From contig PEAM01000014.1 in the NCBI GenBank assembly GCA_002753565.1, forward strand, positions 12,858 to 76,857: DNA of 64,000 nucleotides, read 5' to 3'. Positions 29,544-39,313 of the stretch are shown here, piece by piece. The translations under genes and the position numbers were made by a program. The DNA comes from Magnetococcales bacterium. Its GTDB lineage: Bacteria > Pseudomonadota > Magnetococcia > Magnetococcales > JADFYX01. The notes beneath the pieces are model-generated. The model was not told the DNA's origin. It was given only the letters and a program-made list of their open reading frames with translations, and did no database searches. Position 1 is the stretch's first letter. Every line of letters begins with the position of its first letter.

Positions 29544-30542
29544 CTATTCAGGAACGACCTCTTCGGCCTTGGTTTCAACATCCAAAGGATTGGCTTCAAG
29601 ATCACGGTAGATTGATCTCAACTCTTCAATTCCTTGAGCTTTATGTGGGAATGGGGAAGGAATCTTACCCTTCTTCATCAGGTGGAAGGCAACCCCCATC
29701 TCGGCAAGGGTACCGACAATCCCCACGGAACGCATCAACAGGGTAAATTCATTCAAATCACCCGTTTTTTGGATATCCTCGTGGAAGGCCATGGCATGAC
29801 GCTGCCCGACTCCATCCATGAACCCTTTGTTCATGCCCCGTGTCCGCAACTTAACAATGGCCTCCATGGGTTTGACATCCTTGGGACAGGTGGCTACACA
29901 CTGGACGCAACGGACACAACTCCACATGCCCTTATCTTCGGAAAGCGCCTTCAACCGCTCGGTTTTTCTTCCCTCCCGAGGGTCGGAGACAAACCGGAAC
30001 GCCTTGGCCAGAGCCGCGGGCCCCAGATAGTCAGAGCTAACCTCCGACATGGTACAGTCGGAATAACAGCTGCCACACATGATGCACTGGGTGACATTAT
30101 TAACCTGCTCGTAAGCCGAAGCCCCCACCTTGGTATCGGAGTCTGGCCCATCTTGAAGATAAGGCTTGATCTGATGAACCTTGGCGAAAAAAGGACCGAT
30201 ATCGACAACCAAATCCTTGAGGACCGGCTGATTTCTCTGAGGTGAGATGGAGACAACCCCCCCCTCATCCACCACGGATCCGATGTGGGTTTTACAGGCC
30301 AACCGGGTTCGATCGCCAATTTTCATGGCACAGGAACCGCAGATGGCAGAGCGGCAGGATTGACGAAAAGTCAAACTGCCATCCTGATACCCTTTGACAC
30401 TCTCAAGAAGGGTTAGAATTGTCGTGGTATCGGTTCCCTCAACTGGAAACTCCTGCCATTTGGTCTCCAACGAACCATTGGCTTTTTTCTCGTTACGTTG
30501 AATACGTAAGGTGAATTTTTTTGGCTCCATGTCCAACTCCAT
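29544..30542 (-). CDS. sdhB: Succinate dehydrogenase/fumarate reductase iron-sulfur subunit (long form, ~80 aa C-terminal extension)
   Basis: 2Fe-2S motif (CRSAICGSCAM), 4Fe-4S/3Fe-4S motifs (CIMCGSCYSDC; CVRCVQCVATCP). Confidence 0.9.
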   Translation of the reverse strand: MELDMEPKKFTLRIQRNEKKANGSLETKWQEFPVEGTDTTTILTLLESVKGYQDGSLTFRQSCRSAICGSCAMKIGDRTRLACKTHIGSVVDEGGVVSISPQRNQPVLKDLVVDIGPFFAKVHQIKPYLQDGPDSDTKVGASAYEQVNNVTQCIMCGSCYSDCTMSEVSSDYLGPAALAKAFRFVSDPREGRKTERLKALSEDKGMWSCVRCVQCVATCPKDVKPMEAIVKLRTRGMNKGFMDGVGQRHAMAFHEDIQKTGDLNEFTLLMRSVGIVGTLAEMGVAFHLMKKGKIPSPFPHKAQGIEELRSIYRDLEANPLDVETKAEEVVPE

Positions 30543-30619
30543 AAATGGAATAATGACAAGCTAAACGACCTTGAAAACGAAAAAACCACTTTCGCCAATG
30601 CCGCCCTAGATCATCTAAA

Positions 30620-32314
30620 TCAGTACGTCCGTACTTTGGGTGTATATTCTGGGTTTCCGACGGTGCGAACCGTATCGAAAGAGAGATCGACCTTGCCGGT
30701 ACTCTCATTCCAGGTGGTCAGAGTGTGCTTGCGCCACTGCTCGTCATTGCGCTCGGTAAAGTCGGTCCTGGAGTGGGCACCACGAGACTCCGTACGGGCC
30801 AACGCCCCTCTGACCACACATTCCGCCAGATCAATCTGGTTGTTCAACTCCCATGCCCGCAGGAGATCAATATTGAAGACGTCTGATTTATCCGCCACAC
30901 TGACCTTGGCATAGTCGGACCGCCACCCTTCAATTTCGGTAGCAATCTTCTCCAACCCCTCGGGTTTACGGAAAACACCACAGTTGATATTGATGGAAGA
31001 GGCCACCCTGCTGTGCAACTCAACCGCTCTGACACCGGACTCTTCCCGGTTTTTAAGATCATTCAAGCCACTTCGGCACTCTTCCACATCAGACAGGGGA
31101 AACGCCGGAGCGCTCTTGATCTTCTTGACATACTCACTGGCCCTGGCCCCGGTCACTTTGCCGAAAACAATGGTATCCAGAAGGGAGTTACCACCCAGCC
31201 GGTTGGCACCATGTACCGAGACACAAGCCGCTTCACCAGCAGAGAAGAGACCCGGCAGAGGGGTTTCGCCATATTTATCGGTGCGAATACCACCCATGGA
31301 ATAGTGCATGGTCGGGCGAACCGGAATCGGGGCGTCGATGGGATCAACGCCCTCCAGATCGATAGCCAGCTGGCGAATCTGGGGAAGCCGCTCAATAATT
31401 TTCTTGCCGCCAAGATGACGCAAATCCAGAAAAATACCGCCGTTTTTACCCCGCCCCTCAATAATCTCCGTCTGCTCTGCTCGGGAGACCACATCACGAG
31501 AGGCCAGCTCTTTTTTGTTGGGCGCATACTTGGACATGAAACGCTCACCTTCCGCGTTAATCAGAATGCCCCCTTCGCCCCGCGCCCCTTCTGTCACCAA
31601 CACACCGGAGTTCAGCAGACCGGTGGGGTGAAACTGAACAAACTCCATATCCGCCAGCGGGGCACCAGCCCGTAAGGCCAGAGCCATGCCGTCACCGGTA
31701 TTGGTGGTGGCGTTGGTGTTGGAGATGAAAACCCGACCGTAACCACCGGTCGCCATCAAGACGGCCTTGGCCTGGACAGGGTAGATGGCACTGGTTTTGA
31801 TATCGAAAAGCACCATACCGGCCACATGACCATTGGCATCCTTGGAGACTTTCAGGATGCTGCACTCTTCATAAACTTTAACACCCGCCTTGACCAACTG
31901 CTCCCACAGAGTATGCAAAAGCACCTGTCCGGTTCGGTCCGCTGCGTAACAGGTACGGTCGAAGCTGGCGCCGCCAAAGGGACGTTGGGCAATCAGCCCG
32001 CCTTCCAATCGGGAAAAGGGAGTGCCCCAGCCATCCATCTCCAGGATACAACCAGGCGCCTCTTGACACATCAGGTCGATGGCATCTTCGTCGCCGATAT
32101 AGTCGGCCCCTTTTACCGTATCGTAGGCATGGGACTCTTGACTATCTTCCGGGTCGATGGCTGCGTTGATACCACCCTGTGCCGCACACGAGTGGCTTCT
32201 AAGTGGGTGAATCTTACTCACAACAGCAACGTTAATGCCCGCTTTGACACCTTCTACCGCCGCACGCATCCCCGACAAGCCGGCCCCGACAATCACCAGG
32301 TCATGGCTATTCAT
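30620..32314 (-). CDS. sdhA: Succinate dehydrogenase/fumarate reductase flavoprotein subunit
   Basis: [15 protein letters not shown] start with AGGAGGAAGT immediately upstream. [10 protein letters not shown] (FAD-histidine region), HPTG, RGEGG and [13 protein letters not shown] motifs. The upstream 51 codons of the ORF track were rejected. Confidence 0.93.
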   Translation of the reverse strand: MNSHDLVIVGAGLSGMRAAVEGVKAGINVAVVSKIHPLRSHSCAAQGGINAAIDPEDSQESHAYDTVKGADYIGDEDAIDLMCQEAPGCILEMDGWGTPFSRLEGGLIAQRPFGGASFDRTCYAADRTGQVLLHTLWEQLVKAGVKVYEECSILKVSKDANGHVAGMVLFDIKTSAIYPVQAKAVLMATGGYGRVFISNTNATTNTGDGMALALRAGAPLADMEFVQFHPTGLLNSGVLVTEGARGEGGILINAEGERFMSKYAPNKKELASRDVVSRAEQTEIIEGRGKNGGIFLDLRHLGGKKIIERLPQIRQLAIDLEGVDPIDAPIPVRPTMHYSMGGIRTDKYGETPLPGLFSAGEAACVSVHGANRLGGNSLLDTIVFGKVTGARASEYVKKIKSAPAFPLSDVEECRSGLNDLKNREESGVRAVELHSRVASSININCGVFRKPEGLEKIATEIEGWRSDYAKVSVADKSDVFNIDLLRAWELNNQIDLAECVVRGALARTESRGAHSRTDFTERNDEQWRKHTLTTWNESTGKVDLSFDTVRTVGNPEYTPKVRTY

Positions 32315-32692
32315 ACTTCCTCCTAAACAAAGTGTTACCGACTTGGTCATCGGCACAAAGCTCACACCGAGTGCCCAACAAAAAAAGGGACACCCATCAA
32401 TGACTGGGTTTCTTAGATATGACGAATGGAACAAAAGCTCCATTTTAAACTGTAGATTCGGGAACAAAACAGGCTGTTAATATTAGCAGATTATGTAATA
32501 CTAATAAACAATTACCGTTCCAAAGCCAATCGGACTATAACAACCGGTCGGCAGGTTGTCAAAACAGTTCCTGGCACTTTCCTAAATTTTTTTAATCTGC
32601 CCAGAAGACCGCTCTTGATTTGCCCAGACTATCACCCTGTGCTAGAAGTAGGGTTCGGTCTTTTTCTACCTTTTAATGTCTAGTGTGGTGGC

Positions 32693-35293
32693 GTGAAACT
32701 CATGAGCGAATTGGAAAACAAACGGGCAAAATACAACCCCCAGGCCCTGGAGACAAAATGGCAAGTTTTCTGGGAGAAGAACAAGGTCTTCCAGGCGACC
32801 CCTTCGGCGGATAAGGAGAAATATTATGTCCTGGTCATGTTCCCCTATCCATCTGGCAGAATTCATATGGGCCACGTACGCAACTATGCCATCGGCGATC
32901 TGATCGCCCGTTATCAACGGCTCTGCAACAAAAACGTCCTCAACCCCATCGGCTGGGACGCCTTTGGCATGCCGGCAGAAAATGCCGCCATCCAAAAAAA
33001 ATCCCACCCGGCCCAATGGACCTATGACAACATCGATGCCATGCGCAGTGAGCTTAAGTCCATGGGTCTCTCCTACGACTGGAGCCGTGAATTGGCCACC
33101 TGTGACCCAGACTATGCCCATTGGGAACAGGCTCTTTTCCTCAAACTCTACCATAAAGATCTCATCTATCGGAAAAAGGCACTGGTCAACTGGGACCCGG
33201 TGGACCACACCGTTTTAGCCAATGAGCAGGTGATCGATGGTAAAGGGTGGCGCAGCGGCGCTCCGGTAGAACGGAGAGAGCTGTCTCAATGGTTTCTTAA
33301 AATTACCGATTATGCCGATGAGCTGCTGGCAGGCATCGACAACCTCCCCGGCTGGCCAGAGACCGTCAAGACCATGCAGACCAACTGGATCGGCAAAAGC
33401 CATGGAGTCGAGTTCTCCTTTGATATCCTAGGAGCAGAGACCACCCTGCCGGTTTATACCACCCGACCAGACACCATCATGGGGGTCACCTTCTGCTCGG
33501 TGGCGGCGGAACACCCCCTGGCCAAACTGACCGCAGAGAACAATCCCGAGGCCCAGGCCTTCATTCAAGCGTGCCAAAGCACCGGAACCAGCGAAGAGGC
33601 CATCGAAAGACTGACCAAAAAAGGGTTTGATACCGGCTTTAAAGCTCTGCACCCTTTTACCGGCGAAGAGATCCCCATCTTTATTGCCAATTTTGTTCTC
33701 ATGAGCTACGGAACAGGGGCTGTCATGGCGGTTCCAGCTCATGATCAGCGAGATTTTGAGTTTGCGCAAACCTATCATCTGCCGGTCAAAGTGGTCATCC
33801 AACCCGAGGGGACGGTGTTGGACGGCGAGAGCATGACCGAGGCCTATGTGGGGCCGGGAAAATTGGTTAACTCTCAAGAGTTTAATGGGCTAGACAATGT
33901 CATTGCCCAAAAAAAAGTGGCCGATGCCTTCGAAAGCAGAGGAATCGGCAAAGCCAGCACCAACTACCGGCTGAGAGATTGGGGGATCTCTCGGCAACGC
34001 TATTGGGGCAACCCTATTCCCATGGTCCAATGCCCACGCTGTGGTGTGGTACCGGTTCCTGTAGAGCAACTGCCGGTCTCTCTGCCGGATGATGTGGAGC
34101 TGACCGGTGTCGGCAACCCCCTGGTTCGCCACCCCACCTGGAAACAGTGTACCTGCCCCAACTGTCAGGGAGAGGCGGAACGGGAGACCGACACCATGGA
34201 TACCTTCATGGAGTCCTCCTGGTATTTTCTTCGCTACTGCAGCCCCAAAGAGACAACCGCACCTCTTAATAAGAAAGAGGTCGACCACTGGATGCCGGTG
34301 GATCATTATGTAGGCGGCATTGAACATGCGGTACTGCATCTGCTCTACGCCCGGTTTTTCCACAAAGCCCTACGGGATATCGGCGAGGTCTCCTGCGATG
34401 AACCATTCCTAAAACTCCTGACTCAGGGCATGGTACGAAAAGACACCGTTCACTGTCCCCAGCATGGCTGGCTCTATCCCGACGAATCGGCAGAGAGCAA
34501 GGGCGTTCATACCTGTGTCCAGTGTGGTGCTCAGGCGACATTGGGTCGTAACGAAAAAATGTCCAAGAGCAAAAACAACGTTGTGGACCCCAACGATCTG
34601 ATTGCCGGATATGGGGCAGACACCGCCCGGCTGTTTATGCTGTTTGCTGCCCCACCCGATCAGGATCTGGAGTGGAACGAGTCTGGGGTTGATGGGGCCT
34701 GGCGATTCCTCAACCGACTCTGGCGACTGCTTTTGGATATTCAAGAAAAGCATGCCGGCTCTTTACCCGCCACTACCACCCCGCACAGCGTAAACCTGAA
34801 AAAGTTACGCGGCAAGGTGCATGAGACCATAGAAAAAGTAACCTTGGATATGGAGCGTCATCAATACAACACCGGTATTGCGGCGGTTATGGAGATGATC
34901 AACGCCGGGGTCAAATATATGGGTTCCAACGAGGAAGATCCCGAAGCGGGACCGGTTTTGATGGAGCTGGCCCACTCGGCCACCCTTCTGCTCAGCCCTT
35001 ATGTGCCTCACATTACCGAAGAGTTATGGCAGATTTTGGGTGGCAAAGATCACCTGGGGCACCAACGCTGGCCTAAAGCAGACCCAGAGGCCCTGATAAA
35101 AGAGGAGATAACGGTCGTGGTCCAGGTGAACGGGAAACTCCGCTCCCGTCTGACCCTGCCTGCTGGGGCCTCTAAGGAGGAGCAAGAGAGGGCGGCTCTG
35201 ACTGATCCAAAAATTATCAGCAATCTGGAGGGGGTCACCGTGCGCAAGGTGATTGTCGTTCCCGGAAAGCTGGTCAACATTGTTGCAAAATAG
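32693..35293 (+). CDS. leuS: Leucine--tRNA ligase
   Basis: 866 aa. HMGH (HIGH-type) motif in PYPSGRIHMGHVRNY, KMSKS motif, CP1 editing domain. The start is GTG 32693 or ATG 32702. Confidence 0.97.
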   Translation: MKLMSELENKRAKYNPQALETKWQVFWEKNKVFQATPSADKEKYYVLVMFPYPSGRIHMGHVRNYAIGDLIARYQRLCNKNVLNPIGWDAFGMPAENAAIQKKSHPAQWTYDNIDAMRSELKSMGLSYDWSRELATCDPDYAHWEQALFLKLYHKDLIYRKKALVNWDPVDHTVLANEQVIDGKGWRSGAPVERRELSQWFLKITDYADELLAGIDNLPGWPETVKTMQTNWIGKSHGVEFSFDILGAETTLPVYTTRPDTIMGVTFCSVAAEHPLAKLTAENNPEAQAFIQACQSTGTSEEAIERLTKKGFDTGFKALHPFTGEEIPIFIANFVLMSYGTGAVMAVPAHDQRDFEFAQTYHLPVKVVIQPEGTVLDGESMTEAYVGPGKLVNSQEFNGLDNVIAQKKVADAFESRGIGKASTNYRLRDWGISRQRYWGNPIPMVQCPRCGVVPVPVEQLPVSLPDDVELTGVGNPLVRHPTWKQCTCPNCQGEAERETDTMDTFMESSWYFLRYCSPKETTAPLNKKEVDHWMPVDHYVGGIEHAVLHLLYARFFHKALRDIGEVSCDEPFLKLLTQGMVRKDTVHCPQHGWLYPDESAESKGVHTCVQCGAQATLGRNEKMSKSKNNVVDPNDLIAGYGADTARLFMLFAAPPDQDLEWNESGVDGAWRFLNRLWRLLLDIQEKHAGSLPATTTPHSVNLKKLRGKVHETIEKVTLDMERHQYNTGIAAVMEMINAGVKYMGSNEEDPEAGPVLMELAHSATLLLSPYVPHITEELWQILGGKDHLGHQRWPKADPEALIKEEITVVVQVNGKLRSRLTLPAGASKEEQERAALTDPKIISNLEGVTVRKVIVVPGKLVNIVAK

Positions 35294-35406
35294 GGCGAGG
35301 CATACCCCAAACCCCGCCGGGGACCGTGACGCTCCCCGGACCTCTGCAACGGGTATTGTCATACGAAGGGCTTGTGCGGGTTCGGGCTAAAGAAGATGAT
35401 AGACTT

Positions 35407-36912
35407 TTACTGGCTGGGAGGCTGGTCTGGCTGATTAAGTTGATTAAGCTGCTCCAGCCGGTCTGGGTCGTCCGTAGCCACCTGGGGCGGCGGGACGGCG
35501 GCCTCCTCCATTGGCTGCCGATGAGGTGGCACCTCTTTCTGGGAAGCCAGCGCCTTTTTGGCCTGCTCTTCTCTCTCTTCTTCCCTGGCCAGCCAAGCCT
35601 GAGAAGCGGCCTCTTCCCGAGCCTCGATTGTTGCAAGAATCTGCCGTTCTCGCTCTGCCTTCTCCTCGGCCAACTGGCGCTCCTTCTCTGCTTTTTCCTC
35701 GGCCAGACGCTTCGCCAAAGCCTCCGCCTTGGCTTTAGCCTCCGCTTCTGCCTTCAATTTGGCAGCCCGCTCAAGGCGAAAAGCGCCCACCTGCTGATCT
35801 ACCCAGATGGCCTGTTCCGGTGTTAACAGCTCTGCAAGCCGATCCTGCTCCTTTTTAGCATTGATATGACCCTGGTCGGCCGCCAACGTATACCATTGTT
35901 GGGCAATAGCTGGATTTTTCTCCATCCCAATGCCCCAAAGGTAGAGACGGGCCAACAAAACCTGTGCCTCGGCATTATCTTCCTTGGCTGCCATACTGAA
36001 AAAATGTGCCGCCTTGGCAGGGTCTTCCTTCACCCCCAAACCCAGCAGATACATCATACCCAAGTCGATCTGACTCTGCTGATGCCCCTGCTTGGCCGCT
36101 GCCTGGAACCAACTGGTTGCCGCCATCAAATCAGCCAGGTTTCCCACCCGACTGGAGAGAATGGTGCCCAAACGATATTGGGCCTCCGGGTTGCCACGCA
36201 CCGCAGCCAGTCGGGTCTGGTTATAGGTAGGAACCGCTATGCGGCTTGGTGTTGTATCGGCTGAGTGCTCACCCCCCTCCAGTACACCAGAAGAGTCGCT
36301 CTCCTCAATCTTTTGGGGTGGGGGTACCGGAGCGCCCAGGCGGATCAAACTGTTTTTGGCCTCAAAGCTCCCCGCCATCGCCCCCTTGCCATACCACTCA
36401 ATGGCCTGATGATGATCGGCCTTGACACCCAAACCCTGCTCATAAAAATAGCCAAGAAGGTTCAGAGCCTTGGAATGACCACCGTCGGCTGCTTTTCGAA
36501 TCCACAAAGCCGCCTTGGCATGATCCTCCTTCACCCCTTCTCCGGTATAATAGAGCATACCCAAATTGAGTTGCCCCTCAGGAGAGCCACGCATGGCCGC
36601 AACCTCAAACCAAGCAAAAGCCGCCTGAAGATCTTTGGGTGCCACCTCTCCACTCGCCAGCATGGTTCCCAATCGATTTTGGGCATCCAGAGATCCCTCT
36701 CGAGCAGCTCGCAGGGTTTCGTAATAGTGATTGAGTGCCGTCATCGGCGGGGGAGGAGCAAAGTCGGCTGTTGCCAGAAAGGGCAAAAAAACCACGAACA
36801 ACACCAACCCCATAATAATCAGCCTGAGCTGATCATGCCCTTGTCGGTAGTCGATCTGACCTCGATGAATGGTTCCCTTATTGAGCAGAGAAGGCCGGTT
36901 GTTGACTCTCAT
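35407..36912 (-). CDS. Sel1-repeat (TPR-like) protein with N-terminal membrane anchor and C-terminal Ala/Glu/Lys coiled coil
   Basis: At least seven Sel1 units (e.g. AFAWFEVAAMRGSPEGQLNLGMLYYTGEGVKEDHAKA). TM segment LIIMGLVLFVVFLPFLA. C-terminal AEAEAKAKAEALAKRLAEEKAEKERQLAEEKAERERQ. Confidence 0.85.
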   Translation of the reverse strand: MRVNNRPSLLNKGTIHRGQIDYRQGHDQLRLIIMGLVLFVVFLPFLATADFAPPPPMTALNHYYETLRAAREGSLDAQNRLGTMLASGEVAPKDLQAAFAWFEVAAMRGSPEGQLNLGMLYYTGEGVKEDHAKAALWIRKAADGGHSKALNLLGYFYEQGLGVKADHHQAIEWYGKGAMAGSFEAKNSLIRLGAPVPPPQKIEESDSSGVLEGGEHSADTTPSRIAVPTYNQTRLAAVRGNPEAQYRLGTILSSRVGNLADLMAATSWFQAAAKQGHQQSQIDLGMMYLLGLGVKEDPAKAAHFFSMAAKEDNAEAQVLLARLYLWGIGMEKNPAIAQQWYTLAADQGHINAKKEQDRLAELLTPEQAIWVDQQVGAFRLERAAKLKAEAEAKAKAEALAKRLAEEKAEKERQLAEEKAERERQILATIEAREEAASQAWLAREEEREEQAKKALASQKEVPPHRQPMEEAAVPPPQVATDDPDRLEQLNQLNQPDQPPSQ

Positions 36913-37147
36913 GATATCTCCATTACCTGGCTGAACCTAGAAACGGCCCTTGTCAGCACCCACGGCCAACAGCCGTTTTCATCTTGAACGCTAAAACCCA
37001 AAAAAGTTCGCACCATGATGGGGTTACCTCCTCTCTGAGTTTACATGGTTTCATCTAAAATTTACATTGTTTTTATGTAACAGACCCCTCATGAAAAAGA
37101 CGGCAGGAAAAGGGCTCTTTTCAGCGTGAGGAGAAAAACAAAAAAAC

Positions 37148-37483
37148 TCAACGGGATTCTGGGGGTGAGAGGGGAGGAAGGGAACCGGCTTTTTGGTTGA
37201 CAACAGACTCAATGACAAAAGAGCCTGACATCTCATCCAAAGCTCGAACAACCTTATCGATATCCACCAGACCATAGAGAAAGATCTCCTGAACCCCACC
37301 TCCGGCAACCCGAATGCGCGTTCGACCGTTTTCTGAGGAGACCTTGATTCGAAGCTGCCCCCCCCGTCCAGATCGGGCACTTATGGGGCCGGGATGGGGA
37401 GAAAAACCACCTCGACGAAGCGCCTTGCAAACCTTGGCGCCATTATCGGTCAAGCTGGTATGCCGTGTGGCTTTTTTTTTCAC
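37148..37483 (-). CDS. Candidate hypothetical protein (~101-111 aa; start uncertain, GTG 37483 or TTG 37453)
   Basis: This is the only long frame in a 620-bp gap between the Sel1 gene and tRNA-Leu, and its codon pattern looks coding. There is no convincing SD and I recognise no family. The longer ORF-track version (to 37639) overlaps the tRNA and was rejected. Confidence 0.3.
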   Translation of the reverse strand: MKKKATRHTSLTDNGAKVCKALRRGGFSPHPGPISARSGRGGQLRIKVSSENGRTRIRVAGGGVQEIFLYGLVDIDKVVRALDEMSGSFVIESVVNQKAGSLPPLSPPESR

Positions 37484-37532
37484 AATGGTATTACCCGGAC
37501 CAACTGGGGTAGGATGAGGCAGTTTGAAAAGT

Positions 37533-37617
37533 TGGTGCCCGCGCCCGGAATCGAACCGGGACTCTCGAAAGAAACGGATTTTAAGTCCGCAGCGTCTACC
37601 AGTTCCGCCACGCAGGC
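37533..37617 (-). tRNA. tRNA-Leu (anticodon UAA), CCA encoded
   Basis: The reverse complement reads GCCTGCG-TG-GCGGAACTGGTAGACGC-T-GCGGA-CTTAAAA-TCCGT-long variable arm-CCCGG-TTCGATT-CCGGG-CGCGGGC-A-CCA. It has a 7-bp acceptor stem (one G-U), a T-loop TTCGATT and the long extra arm typical of tRNA-Leu. Confidence 0.92.
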
Positions 37618-37734
37618 CCAACGGTGTATGATCTAGCATTGACTCGGAACGCCGTCAACCGTATTTACTCTTATTAGTCTTTTTTTTATCTATTCTTTTT
37701 TTTAACTTAACCCCTTTTAATACCGGATTTTCCC

Positions 37735-38943
37735 ATGACGGCCTCAAAAAACAGATCGCCAAAAAGCCAACAGATGGCGACAACAGCCATCCACTCCGGT
37801 CGTCATCAAACCCAGGAGAGAGAGAACAGCCCTCCCCTTTTCCTCACCTCCAGCTTTACCTTTCATTCTGCCCAACAGGCTGCTGCCGTGTTCGCAGGAG
37901 AGGAAAACGGCAATCTCTACAGCCGCTTCACCAATCCAACCGTAGCCGCCTTCGAAGAGAGAATCGCCACATTGGAAGGGGGAGAGCGTGGCGTCGCCAT
38001 GGCATCGGGCATGGCAGCCATCACCTCGGTTTTTCTGGGCCTTCTCGCCGCGGGGGACCACTTGGTCTTAAGCCGCTCGGTCTTTGGCTCTACCTCCAAC
38101 CTTGCCAACGGCCTGCTGACTGACATGGGCATTGACACCACCCAGGTTCCTCTCTCCAATCTGGATGCGTGGCGCCAAGCCGTTCGACCGGAGACCAAGC
38201 TGTTTTTTGTTGAGACCCCTTCCAACCCCACCTTGGAAATGGTCGATCTGACTGCGCTCTCCCAACTGGCCAGAGAGAGAAACATTCTTGTCGCGGTAGA
38301 TAATGTCTTCTGCACCCCGTGTCTGCAGAGGCCTCTGGCTTTGGGGGCCGACCTGGTGATCCACTCTGCCACCAAATATCTTGATGGACAGGGGCGGGTC
38401 TTGGGGGGCGTGGTGATCGGTTCCGAATCTTTAATCACCGAAAAAATCTACCCCATACTCCGTAATGCCGGCCCTACCCTCTCTCCCTTCAATGCCTGGG
38501 TGCTTTACAAAGGGATGGAGACCCTACCCTTGCGTATGGAGAGGCACTGTGACAACAGTCAGATTGTCGCAGAGTTTCTGGCAGAACAGCCCCTTTTAGC
38601 CTCCCGAGTCAACTATCCCGGCCTCTCAAGCCATCCGCAACATCAACTGGCTGCCCGACAGATGGACCGCTTTGGGGGTATTGTCTGCGTAGACCTTGGC
38701 AGTCGTGAACGGGCTTATACCTTTATCAATGGCCTGGAGTTGGCCACCATCACCGCCAACCTGGGAGATGTCCGCACCCTGGTCACCCACCCAGCCTCCA
38801 CCACCCACGCCAAACTTTCAGAAGAGAATCGTCTGGCCGTTGGCATCACTCAAGGCTTGGTCCGCTTTTCCATCGGCCTGGAAGCGGCTGATGATATCTG
38901 CGAGGATCTTCTGCAGGCACTGCATACCCTGCCGTATCGTTAG
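37735..38943 (+). CDS. metZ: O-succinylhomoserine sulfhydrylase (Cys/Met-metabolism PLP enzyme)
   Basis: 402 aa. YSRFTNPT motif. PLP-lysine motif HSATKYLDGQGRVLGG. The C-terminal RFSIGLE motif is typical of MetZ/MetB-family enzymes. Confidence 0.85.
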   Translation: MTASKNRSPKSQQMATTAIHSGRHQTQERENSPPLFLTSSFTFHSAQQAAAVFAGEENGNLYSRFTNPTVAAFEERIATLEGGERGVAMASGMAAITSVFLGLLAAGDHLVLSRSVFGSTSNLANGLLTDMGIDTTQVPLSNLDAWRQAVRPETKLFFVETPSNPTLEMVDLTALSQLARERNILVAVDNVFCTPCLQRPLALGADLVIHSATKYLDGQGRVLGGVVIGSESLITEKIYPILRNAGPTLSPFNAWVLYKGMETLPLRMERHCDNSQIVAEFLAEQPLLASRVNYPGLSSHPQHQLAARQMDRFGGIVCVDLGSRERAYTFINGLELATITANLGDVRTLVTHPASTTHAKLSEENRLAVGITQGLVRFSIGLEAADDICEDLLQALHTLPYR

Positions 38944-38962
38944 TCGAGACCCATCGAGACAA

Positions 38963-39109
38963 AGGTTAAAGGCAATGAAAGCCAGATTAGGACAACGGTT
39001 AAAGGCAAAGTCAACACCTTGGGAGGCCTTGCAGGCCACCAATTGGAAGGCATTCATGCCTTCCAAGACCCATCCACAATCGTTTTGTACAAATTTGGTT
39101 TGAAATCTC
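38963..39109 (-). repeat. Mosaic intergenic repeat, copy D (R module joined directly to L module; internal ~70 nt deleted relative to copy B)
   Basis: 38999..39036 matches 26166..26203. 39037..39109 matches 26275..26347, with hairpin ttggaaggcat/atgccttccaa at 39043..39066. Confidence 0.75.
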
Positions 39110-39140
39110 TATAACTGCAAAAACAATATTTTGAGCATCA

Positions 39141-39206
39141 TCCAAACCCATCAGGGACTTAGCCGTCCCTGGACCCAATCGTGTCCAATTTTGGTTTGAT
39201 TTGACT
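39141..39206 (-). repeat. Mosaic repeat, extra L module (copy E) in tandem with copy D
   Basis: The conserved flank gacccaatcgtgtccaattttggtttgatttgact aligns with gacccatccacaatcgttttgtacaaatttggtttgaaatctct. It is preceded by an unrelated but perfectly paired hairpin cagggac/gtccctg (39152..39171). Confidence 0.6.
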
Positions 39207-39215
39207 ATACACAGC

Positions 39216-39253
39216 AAAAAGCCCTCTTACCAATATTCTGGATAAAAGGGCTT
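39216..39253 (-). terminator. Probable rho-independent terminator of the dsr operon
   Basis: On the minus strand: AAGCCCT-(21-nt partly paired loop)-AGGGCTT followed by TTTTTGC, 60 nt after the dsrP stop. Confidence 0.5.
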
Positions 39254-39313
39254 ATATCAGCCAGGCTTTTTCTGGGCTTATCCCCAAAGCCTTATCAAGT
39301 CAGTTGATGGAAT

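Noticed and set aside
32315-32467. 51-codon N-terminal extension of sdhA in the ORF track
   Set aside because: A perfect AGGAGG SD sits directly before the internal ATG at 32314, which begins the canonical [18 protein letters not shown]-binding start. The extension has no homology.
36913-37617. tRNA-Leu as a possible genomic-island integration site
   Set aside because: There is no integrase gene, no direct repeat of the tRNA 3' end, and no compositional break that I could see on either side.
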